DNA of 64,000 nt from positions 681,707 to 745,706 of the forward strand of contig OZ241896.1 in NCBI GenBank assembly GCA_965203565.1, written 5' to 3'. Position 1 is the first letter of the stretch, and each line of letters begins with the position of its first letter. Of this stretch, positions 43,792-53,097 are shown one piece after another. This stretch comes from Vicinamibacterales bacterium. GTDB lineage: Bacteria > Acidobacteriota > Vicinamibacteria > Vicinamibacterales > UBA8438. A model generated the notes under the pieces. The model saw only the letters and a list, made by a program, of their open reading frames with translations. It was not told the origin of the DNA and did no database searches. The position numbers and the translations under genes are program-made.

Positions 43792-45815
43792 GGCCGTATC
43801 CGGATCGTCTCCTCCCACAGGGCGGTCCAGACGTCGTCCTTCCTCTCGGTCTGCCCGGTCCTGACGTGATCGACGGCGTACTCCGGCAACCGGACGGCGA
43901 CGAGGCACTTCCCATCGAACTGCGCCTGAACGGGCAGGTTGAAGTCCCGGTTGTCGAAACCGTGCCGAACCTGGTCGTCGGGCAGGTCGCCCGCGTCCAC
44001 CGGAACGACGTGCAGGAAGAAACGCGCGCGCGAATCGGCCCGAACGCACGGCGCCCTGGCGTACGTCAGGGCGCCGCGGGCGGCGTCGAAGTACACGTCG
44101 TAGCGCGCGCGCGCCGACGGCGCGCCCTGCGTCAACGACCGGTACTTTTCGCGGGAGCGGTCCACGTGAAAATCGTCGAGCAGCGCCGAGTTGAGGCCGT
44201 ACAACGTTGTGGAGATCGTGTTGCCGTACGCCTTCCTGGCCCAGACGGCCGGAGCATGCGTCTCGGGCGGATCTTTCTCGGTGATTGTTGACCAAGAATG
44301 GGCGTCGAAAGCGAAATCCAAGCGGCCGCGGCACGCTTGCCGGTAGAAAGCGGTGGATCTGAGCTTGATTCTGTTTCTCTGCGCTTCGGGAAGCAGCAGT
44401 CGATGGCGCGACTGGGTTCTGGTCATGCACAAATGGGGCGGCGGGTAAGTCTGCGTCAGGTGACGCAGCCCGCCGAGGTTCGCCGTCTCCCAGTAGTCCA
44501 TCTCGTACTGCGTCCGGAGATGCTCCGGCGTCGTCCTGTCGATGAGGAAGTTGAAGTAGACGTTCTGATGCGGATGAATGCGCGCCATGGCGATCAGGAT
44601 GCCCGCCGCCGCGACGCCCGCCGCCGCATACGCCCCCCGGCGCACCCGGGTCGCGTCGCGCGCCGCCGGCAGGCGCAGCCCGGACGCCGCCAGCAGCGCG
44701 AGCGGCGCGTGCAGGAAATACAGGTGCCGCCACCCGTCGTAGGTGTTCGCGCCCAGCGCCGCCACGGCGAGCGGCGGCGCCGTCAGGCACGCGGTCAGCA
44801 GAAGTTCGAACCGCAGCGGCGTGTTGCGAAACGCTTGGCCGGGCCGCGCGGCCGCGCGCCACGCAGCGCCGACGACCCCGACGCCGCCCAGCAGCAGCGT
44901 GAACGGCGGCGTCGTGATGGCGACCCACGTCGGAACGTAGCGCCACGGCAGATCGTCCGGATGAACCAGTCGTCCCTGGAAAAGTTGGTATCTGCCATGC
45001 GGATGTTCGGAGAGCCCCCGGAGCGCTTCGGCGAACTCCCGCGGGTCGCTCCACAGGTACGGACTGACCGCGTACAGCGTCGCGGCCCACGCCGCCGCGA
45101 ACGCCGCGGCCGTCTTCAGAACGCGCCTGCGCCCGCTCCGCTGCGCAGCATGGAGCAGGTCCAGCGCCCGCATGCCCAGCACGGCGGCGACGAGCATCAG
45201 ACCCATGACGCGGAGGTTCGTCAGCACCGCCGCCGCCGCTCCCAGGACCAAGAACGCGCGGACCGTGTCCTTCTCGAACGCCCGGTGGACCAGGTGCAGC
45301 GCGATCATGAACGTCGCCAGGAAGGGAACGTCCTTGCTGTTGAAGAACGCGTGGGCGTACAGGCGGGGGTGGAGCAGGAACAGCAGCATCGCCAGGAGAG
45401 CGAGCGGTCCGCTGCCGAACAGCCGGCGGGCGAGCAGGAAGCAGGCGAAGCCGCCGCACAGCCAGAACAGGTGGGTGGCGCCGTGGCGGAACAGATGCGC
45501 CGTGCGGCTGTCGTCGAGGCCGAGCGTCCGCTCGGCGAGCAGCAGCGGCGCCTCGAACGCCACGCCGTAGTACCGATTGTGGGCCTCGGTGAGATTGCGG
45601 GCGGACAGTGCGTCGTCGTCGCCCAGGGCGTACTCCAGGTTCGCCGCGGCGATGCGCCGCTGTGGGTTCGCGTCCTCCGAGACGCCGTAGTCGCCCACGA
45701 CGGCGGCGCCCGCGGCGGCGAAGAGGACGAGGATCGCGACGGCCCAGGTCCGGCAGGAAACGCGGGATCGTCCGCCCTCGATCCGGGTTGAACTCGATCC
45801 GGGTTGAACCGCCAT
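43788..45815 (-). CDS. GT-C-like membrane protein, array copy 7 (first gene of the array, remodelled N-terminus)
   Basis: MAVQPGSSSTRIEGGRSRVSCRTWAVAILV... The canonical ATGACGATT is mutated to GGACGATCC. The new upstream ATG is in frame only because of a 16-nt tandem duplication. Confidence 0.55.
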   Translation of the reverse strand: MAVQPGSSSTRIEGGRSRVSCRTWAVAILVLFAAAGAAVVGDYGVSEDANPQRRIAAANLEYALGDDDALSARNLTEAHNRYYGVAFEAPLLLAERTLGLDDSRTAHLFRHGATHLFWLCGGFACFLLARRLFGSGPLALLAMLLFLLHPRLYAHAFFNSKDVPFLATFMIALHLVHRAFEKDTVRAFLVLGAAAAVLTNLRVMGLMLVAAVLGMRALDLLHAAQRSGRRRVLKTAAAFAAAWAATLYAVSPYLWSDPREFAEALRGLSEHPHGRYQLFQGRLVHPDDLPWRYVPTWVAITTPPFTLLLGGVGVVGAAWRAAARPGQAFRNTPLRFELLLTACLTAPPLAVAALGANTYDGWRHLYFLHAPLALLAASGLRLPAARDATRVRRGAYAAAGVAAAGILIAMARIHPHQNVYFNFLIDRTTPEHLRTQYEMDYWETANLGGLRHLTQTYPPPHLCMTRTQSRHRLLLPEAQRNRIKLRSTAFYRQACRGRLDFAFDAHSWSTITEKDPPETHAPAVWARKAYGNTISTTLYGLNSALLDDFHVDRSREKYRSLTQGAPSARARYDVYFDAARGALTYARAPCVRADSRARFFLHVVPVDAGDLPDDQVRHGFDNRDFNLPVQAQFDGKCLVAVRLPEYAVDHVRTGQTERKDDVWTALWEETIRIRP
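45777..45808. repeat. perfect 2 x 16-nt tandem duplication (CTCGATCCGGGTTGAA) within codons 3-13 of copy 7
   Basis: Read directly. 16 is not a multiple of 3. With one unit, ATG 45815 would be out of frame. Confidence 0.9.
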
Positions 45816-45824
45816 CGTTCGCCC

Positions 45825-45830
45825 ATGATA
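45825..45830 (-). promoter_or_regulatory. candidate -10 box TATCAT, 9 nt upstream of the copy-7 ATG (array promoter candidate)
   Basis: Minus-strand GGTTATCATGGGCGAACGATG. The 14-mer GTTATCATGGGCGA is identical to 63779-63792. Confidence 0.35.
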
Positions 45831-45923
45831 ACCGCGCCGGTATACGATGTACGCGGAAGGCTTGCCGATGATCGGACTGCGATGCGGGAGGTTGGTCGCC
45901 GTCGGCGCGGCGCGCGGGCCGCG

Positions 45924-46081
45924 CAGCCCGTGGCAAAATCCCCGCTGCATTCGACGGGCGCTGCATCCCGGCTGAACTGCGTTGTTCGTCGGTCGAATAT
46001 GGCCAATATGCTCCCTCCTCACGCCTTGTCAGCCGGGCGCCCCGCCCGTCTCGGCGCCCCGCGGGGTTTCACCACGGGCTG
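45924..46081 (-). mobile_element. 158-bp MITE-like element, B-subfamily (TSD CGCG)
   Basis: Flanks ggcCGCG|CAGCCCGTGG...CCACGGGCTG|CGCGgcg. Lies between divergent copy 7 and the ACHEGNY paralogue 2. Confidence 0.8.
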
Positions 46082-47081
46082 CGCGGCGCTGGCGGGCGTC
46101 GTGCTGCTCGCCGCCGCGGCGCCGCCGGCTCGAGGCGCCGGTCAGCCGCCGGCCGGCCAGGGGAGCGGGCAACCGGCCTCGGACACGGGCTGGACGCCGC
46201 CCCGCGCTCCCGACGGCCGGCCGGACGTTCAGGGCGTCTGGGTGAACTTCGACCGGACGCCGCTGGAGAGGCCGATAGAGACGGACGCCGGCCGTCTGGC
46301 GGCGCTCGAACGCTGGTTCCCGGGTCTGGAGGTCACGCCGCAGGGGATCAGGGGGATCCGCGGGCCGAATCCGGGCGGACTGGCGAAGCTGCTCGGCGAG
46401 GGGGACGGGGAAGGGCACTCGTCGAAGCGCAGCGCGCTGCGCCGGTCGATGGTGGTCGATCCTCCCAGCGGGCGCGTGCCGATCCGGCCCGACGCCGAAC
46501 GCCGGAAAGACCGCAACCTGCGCCGCCTGACCGACTCGTACGCCTATCACACGCCGTGGGAGCGGTGCATCACGCGCGGCGTGCCGGGCGGGATGTTCCC
46601 GGCGGGGTACAACAACGCGTACCGCATCCTCCAGACGCCGGACCATGTCGCCATCCTGTACGAGATGATCCACGAGCCGCGCATCGTCCCGCTTGACGGC
46701 CGGCCGCACGTGGACGGCGCCGTCCGGTTGTGGAACGGCGACTCCCGCGGGCGCTGGGAGGGCGACGCGCTGGTGGTCGAGGTCGCCAACTACCGGTCCG
46801 AGCAGGTCGGGACGATCGCCACCGGCATCTCGACCACCGCCACGTTGAAGGCGGTCCCGCAGAGCGCCGGCATGCGCGTGGTGGAGCGGTTCACCCTGAT
46901 CGGTCCCGGACGGATGCGCTACGACGTCACCATCGAGGATCCGGAGGTGTACGACGGTCCCTGGACCGTGTCGATGCCGCTCCATAGAGACGACGAGTAC
47001 GACCTGTACGAGTATGCGTGCCACGAGGGGAACTACGGCCTGCCGAACAGCCTGAGCGGCGCGCGGGCGGCGGACCGCTGA
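45999..47081 (+). CDS. secreted 'ACHEGNY-domain' protein, paralogue 2; start codon and signal n-region lie inside the MITE
   Basis: MANMLPPHALSAGRPARLGAPRGFTTGC (element) followed in frame by AALAGVVLLAAAAPPARG. Motifs DVQGVW, VVDPPSGRVP, ERCITRGVP, RILQTPDHVAILYE, VPLDGRPH, WNGDSRGRWEGDALVVEVANY, YEYACHEGNY. Confidence 0.6.
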   Translation: MANMLPPHALSAGRPARLGAPRGFTTGCAALAGVVLLAAAAPPARGAGQPPAGQGSGQPASDTGWTPPRAPDGRPDVQGVWVNFDRTPLERPIETDAGRLAALERWFPGLEVTPQGIRGIRGPNPGGLAKLLGEGDGEGHSSKRSALRRSMVVDPPSGRVPIRPDAERRKDRNLRRLTDSYAYHTPWERCITRGVPGGMFPAGYNNAYRILQTPDHVAILYEMIHEPRIVPLDGRPHVDGAVRLWNGDSRGRWEGDALVVEVANYRSEQVGTIATGISTTATLKAVPQSAGMRVVERFTLIGPGRMRYDVTIEDPEVYDGPWTVSMPLHRDDEYDLYEYACHEGNYGLPNSLSGARAADR

Positions 47082-47153
47082 TCAAGCTTCGGCGCGCCGA
47101 GCCCGGCGCCGCCGTCGTCGTGACGGCCGCGCGCGTCGGCTCACCTGACGGCC

Positions 47154-50100
47154 ATGCCTGTCCGCGTCCGCATCGTCCGCGCTTCCGGCGCGGTGGAGAT
47201 TCCCGTCGAGGGTTCGTCGCTGCGGATCGTCCGCCCGCTGAACCAGCGGTCGCGCGCGAGTTTCCGGGTGCAGGCTCCGGCGCTGTCGGAGCGCGTGCTC
47301 TATCCGCTCCAGCCGCCGCTCCCGTCCGGCCGCAGCCCGGACTCCGGGGGCGTCCAGCGCGGCGATCGGACCGGCGTCGGCGGTCTGAACGTCACCGGAC
47401 TGCGGACCGGCCCGGACGCGCGCTCGCTGCAGTTCGTGGCGGTCGACGCGCAGGGCGCGCCGCAGCCGGCGTCGGCGCACCGGCTGGTCGCAGGCGACCT
47501 CTTGTTGTTCGGCTCCACCATCTGGAGAGCCCGCGTCGTGCACAACGAGCCGCTGGTGGTCACGGCGGTCAGCATGGCGGCCATCGGCGAGCAGGAGTGC
47601 GGCTTGGTGACGGTGGACTACCCGCCCTCCAGCCCGCTCCCGCGCGACTACGCCGCCGTCGCCATCGCGAACGGCTGGCGTCTGGCGACCGGCGGCGACG
47701 TGGTGAGCACCGGGCGGACGCGCCTTCCTGCGGCGCCCGGGGGCCTGCGGGCGACGCCGGCGGACGGTCAGGTGACGCTGGCGTGGGACGATCCGCCGTT
47801 CCCGTTCGACCGGGTGGAGTACCGGCATCGGGTCGGCACGCAGGCGTGGATCGTGCGGCAGGCCGACGCCGGCGGCAAGGGCGGCAGCGGCAGTGACGGC
47901 TGGATTCGCTTCCCGGCCGGCGCGACCGACAGCGGCGCGGCGTCGGGACTGACGAACGGGACGGATTATGAGTTCGAGGTCCGGTTCGTCAACGCGGTCG
48001 GGGTGGGCGACGCGGCGGCGGCGGCGGCGACGCCGCGGGCGGCGTTGGAATGGGCGGCGGCCGTCCGGGATCAGTATCTGTTCGTCGGCACGGAGTACGC
48101 CATCGACCTGCCGGCGCTGTCCGGCGGCGTCGAGCCGCTGACGGTGACGAGCGCCGGGGTCCCGGCGGGGATGCGGGTGGAGTGGCGTTCGGCGCGCGGC
48201 CGGTTCGTGCTGGCGGGGACGCCGACGACGGTGCGGGGCCTGGCGGGCCTGGCCGTCACGGCCCGCGACAACGCGCTCCCGGCGTCGGCGGCGGCCGTCA
48301 CGATCGTGAACGTGGCCGTGTTCGCGGCCGGGACGGACGTGTCGCCGGTGTTCCCGCGCGCGCAGGGCGAGTTCGCGTTCGTGGCGGGTCGGGCGATCGA
48401 CCGGGCGCTCGCCCAGGTCCCGGCCGCGGGCAGCGGGAACGCGCCGATCACGTATGCCGTCGCTGCGGCGCCGGCGCTTCCCGGCGGGGTGCTGTTCGAC
48501 CCGGTGACGCGGCAGTTCCACGGCGCGCCGCGGGCGGCGCAGAGCGCGCCGACCGATCACGTCGTCACGGCGACCGACGCGGACGGCGACACGGCGACGT
48601 TCACGGCGCGGCTGCGGGTGGCGGCGGCGTCGTCCGCGACGGTCGTCTGGGGCGCGGTCCCGGACCAGATCGTGGACGTGGGCCGGGCGTTCTCGATCCA
48701 GCTGCCGGCGGCGTCCGGGAGTCCGGCGGCGTATCGGTTCCGCGGCGTCACGTCCGGGGGGGCGACGTCGGGGTCTCCGCCGGCGATTGCGGGTCTGCGC
48801 TACGACGACGCGACGCGTACGATCAGCGGGACGATCGCGGCGCCGGTGGCGTCGACGGAGATCGGGCTCGAGGCGCAGCGCGCGCCGCGGAGTCCGTGGC
48901 GGGGTACGACGTTCCGGTTCTCTGCGGTGCAGGTGTCGTCGGCGCCGTCGGCGCCGGCGAGCGTGTCGGCGGCGGGCGGGGTGCGGCAGGTGACGGTGAG
49001 CTTCACGGCGCCGCTGGCGGAGGAGACGGTGACCGGGGTGGCCTACCGGGTGCGGGTGGGGGGAACGGGCGTGTTCGGGGCGTGGCGGTCGGTCGCGCCG
49101 GTCCCGGCGTCGAACCGCCTGGTGATCGGCGGTCTGGGGGTGGATCTGTCGGTGGAGGTCGAGACGGCGTTCGTGAACGCGGTCGGGCGGGGCGTGTCGG
49201 CGTCGGCGGCGTCGGTCCGCACGGAGGGGGTCCCCGGCGGCGTCACGCCGTCGGCGGTCTACACCGGTCTGGCGCATCCGGCCGCGTCGGTGCGGGTTCG
49301 GTGGAGCGCGGCGTCCGGGACGGTGACGGGGTACGAGGCGGCGATCAAGCCGCGGTCGGCGGCGTCGTGGGGGGCGTGGACGGCGGTGGGCGGGGGCGCG
49401 TCGGCGCGCGAGACGACGTTCACGGGTCTGACGTCGGGGACGCGGTACGAGGCGCGGGTGCGGGCGGTGAACGGGGCCGGGTTCGGCCCGTGGCGTCGGC
49501 TGGGCGTGCAGACGGCGTTCGCGGCGGCGACCGGCGTCGAGGCGACGCCCCACGGCGCCCTGTGGACGGTGACGTGGACGCTGCCGTCGAGCGGGGCGGC
49601 GGCGGTGGCCGACCGTGCGGCGATCAGCGGCGTCCGGGTGTGGGTGGAGCGTTCGTCGCGGCATCGGCCGTTCACGCCGCAGCCGTCGCCGCCGTCGGGG
49701 TTCGTCTCCGGGTCTGCGCCGACGCGCGTGGCGAACGTCGCCGCCGGCGCGCAGGGGCGGCAGTGGTACCGGGCGCGGGTGACGGTGGAGAGCGGCGGCT
49801 CGCGGTCGCCGTTCGCCTACTCGACGCCGACGCAGATCGTGGGCAGCCGGCGGCAGCAGGCGCCGCCGCCGACCAGGCATGCCTACGCCGGGCCTGAACC
49901 GCAGCAGCAGCAGACAGGCCTTCCCGCGCCCAGGCCGGTGCGCGTGAAGTGGATTGCCTACAACCGCGCTCGGGTGACGTGGGCAGGCGTAACCGGCGCG
50001 ACGGGATACCGCTTGAGTGTCCGGGCGTCTCCTAACGTAGATGGCTCATCGTCTACTTTCTTCGGAGCGTCGGACGTGGGAGACGTGCGGGAAGGCCAGA

Positions 50101-53097
50101 TAACTTTCGATCCTTTGATGGCGGCCGGGAAGTACCTGCGCGCGAAAGTCCGCGCGCTGCCGGTTCCATCGGCTCCGGGCAGGACCGGTTGGACCGACCC
50201 CTATCCACAGGAGGCCTGGGATCCCGCCAGCCCTGTCGAGATCCGCACGGCGCGCGAGCACGGGTTGACGGACGCCGACGTGCTCGCCGGCAACCGGGTG
50301 GTGTTCGAGAACCTCGCCGGCACGCGCGATCTCGATTCCGGAAGGCCGACGCAGTACCCGATCACGCGGATAGTCTCGCCCACGGTGTTCCACGTCGCCA
50401 GCGCCGAGGCCATCCCGGTCGAGGAGTACGGGCCGGGAAATCCACGCTGGCGCAAGCTGCTCCGCTCGCCGGGAGTCACGCCGCCGCCCGAGTTCGTCCC
50501 GGCGGCAGGCGAACAGATCGTCATCGACGACCCGGACGACCGGGCGGCCAGCCCGAGAATGGTGGAGGCAAGAACGAGGCAAGCCGTGCAGCTCGTTCGA
50601 CTGGGACAGGACGTCTTCGCCTGGTTCGGGACGGGGATGGACGCGCCGCACGGCATCGGCGCCGGCGACTGGATCAGCGTGGAGGGCATGGCGATCGCCG
50701 GCTACGACGACGCCGACCGGCGCGCCGTCGTCGGCGTGCCGGCGGGGCTGGCGAACCTGTCGCAGGTCACCGGGCCTGTGACGGCCGGCTGGCGCGACAG
50801 CGCCGACCCGTCCGACCGGATCGACCACGCCGACGTGTTCGACGCGGCGGCGCTGCTGCCGGCGACCGACCTTCAGGCGATCCTCGCCATCGAGCAGGTC
50901 CCGGCGGGGTCGATCGACGCCGCCACGCGCTTCCGGTGCAAGGCCCCCCCGAGAGCGCTGAAGGTCGCCGGCGGCATCCGGGTGAACAGCTGCCTGCGGC
51001 TGGAGAACGTCACCGGGACGCCGACCCGAACGCAGCGCAACGTCTGGCGCGTGACGGAGGTCGGCGATCCCTTGGAGCTTCGGCTTCCGGAGGACGACGC
51101 TGACGTTCCGATCGCCCTCACCTCGCCCGTGCGCTTGCGCATCCGGGGGGTGGACGCCGGAACCAATGCCGCGCCTCTCAGGAACATCACCTTCCATCGC
51201 TACTCCAGGACCAACCCGGTCTACTGGTACCTGGCGCTGGACGGAAGCCAAGTCCACTTCGCGACGTACGCCCTCAGAAACTGGTTGGTGGACCTTTCGA
51301 CCGCCGTTCCATCCCACATACGCTTGAAGATAAACACGCACGCAATACAACGGGCGGAATACGACAGGCTGATATTCGTGGGAATCCACATCGATTCCGA
51401 TGGCGACGTCGACTACACCCGAACGCTCTGGTTCAAGGATGCGGAGTTTTCCAGGACGTCGAATCCGGGCAGGAACCAGACGAACATAGCCTGGGCGGGC
51501 CTGGACAACACCCAGGCCAGAGCGCACAACGCGCTCGGCGGGTCCTGGAGCTTTCTGATCGTTGACTCGACCTTCCCGGACCTTGACGTTTCGGACCTCA
51601 CGTGGAAAGGGAACACGTTCGACGTGCGGAACGTCACCAGCGATCTCCAGACGCTCGCCCTCGTCCGGACGGCCGCCAGCCGGTGGGCGCCGCTGGCGCG
51701 CGCCGCCGCGGACGCCGATCAGACGCAGAGCGTGCGCGGCGTCGAGTCTGTCGCCGTCAGCGGGGGCGTGGCGACGGTGACGGTGGAGACGGGTGCGGGA
51801 CTGCCGGCGGCGGGGGCGATCGTCCGGTTCGACGACCTCGACCTCCGGACGGCGGACGGCGGCTACGCTCCGGTCACCGACGAGTTCGCCGTCGTCGGCG
51901 TCACGGCGGCGTCGCGGCAATTCACCATCCGGGTGGCCGCAGGCCGCGCGTTCCGCGTCGATCCGGGCCGCTCGCCGTTCGACTTCACCTTCACGCCGTC
52001 GGCGCGTGGGCCGACCCGGTTCCAGCGCATCGGCGGCCACCCGCCGTCCGCCACGGGCTACAGCTACCAGGGACGCCGGACCGCCCGCATCGTCGAGTTC
52101 GCGGACGGGATGCAGATCCTCGACACGGACGGGACGACGCGCTACGTCTCGAACGTCACGCTGAGCCACGACGACGGGGCGCAGATCGGGTTCGGCGTCT
52201 CGTCCACCGTGACGCCGACCGACACGCCGGTGCGCCTGGGCGCCACGGCCGAGGCCCACTATCGGATCTACGTCCGCGTAACCTTGCAGGACGGCGCGCG
52301 GCACGTCGTGTGGGCCGACCTGGCCGACGACGACTGGACCGCCACCGCCGGCGCAGACGATGCGGCGACCTACCGGATGAGCACGCAGAACGAACCGTCC
52401 GGCAACTGGTTCACTTCGGCCGCCGCGGGCGCCGCGGGGTTCGACGTCTACGTCGTGGACAAGCGGCCGCAGTTCGGGTTCGACCAGGCGTCGCGGACGA
52501 TCGGGCATCACACGCGCTGGCGGCGGGTCACCTACAGTGCGGCGACCCCGCCCGCCTCGGACCGGGGGAACCGGGTGACGGCGGCCGCCTACGCCGCCTC
52601 GGCGCAGACGCTCACGCTGACGGCCGAGGCGACGACCGGCGTGTCGGCGGGCGAGCAGATCCAGGTGGTGGGGCTGACGAACGTCCCGGACTGGTGGCTG
52701 CTGACGGTCACGGCCGTGACGGCGACGCAGCTCACGTGCGCGGCGCACCTGCGCGCGGCGCCGGCGCTGGGGGCGGTCACGGGCGACCCGGACTACCCGT
52801 ACTGGCGGAAGGCGGCGCTGCGAACGACGCCGGTGTACGTCTCGAAGAACGCGCGCGAGCGGCTGTTCGCGGGGGTCGCCTGCGGCGCGCAGCTACGGCA
52901 CGCGGGGCGGTCGCCGGCGGCGGGGATGCTGGAGTGGACGGTCCGCTGCGCCGGCTACGCGCAGCGGCTGGAGGATGCGGTGGTGCGCGGCGCGTTCGCC
53001 GTGTCGAGCGACGACCGGCTCGGGCCGGCGATCTCGGCGCTGCTGACCGGTCACGCCTCCGGGAGCGGTCCGGCTCGACACGCTGAGCTGGACGACG
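47154..53097 (+). CDS. giant FN3/cadherin-like-Ig repeat protein, frame-0 part (about 1980 codons); coding signal leaves this frame near 53046-53100
   Basis: Several FN3-like units (e.g. GGLRATPADGQVTLAWDDPP...TDYEFEVRFVNAVG; GYEAAIKPRS...GTRYEARVRAVNGAGFGPW). He_PIG/cadherin-like units (ITYAVAAAPALPGGVLFDP...TATDADGDTATFTARL). A long unique region follows. The frame has no stop until 55112 but turns into Arg/Gly junk after ...GPAISALLTG. Confidence 0.6.

Noticed and set aside
31578-45966. Long N-terminal extensions of the array ORFs (858, 700, 990, 1392, 744 aa versions)
   Set aside because: The extensions are Arg/Pro-rich readings of the upstream paralogue's 3' end in a wrong frame. The conserved MTISRISCRTW start with an ATGA overlap is the consistent start.
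31578-46081. CRISPR array or other short-repeat locus
   Set aside because: The 2-kb periodicity comes from whole-gene paralogues, and the 158-bp repeats have TIRs and TSDs. I saw no short direct repeats with unique spacers and no cas genes anywhere in the window.
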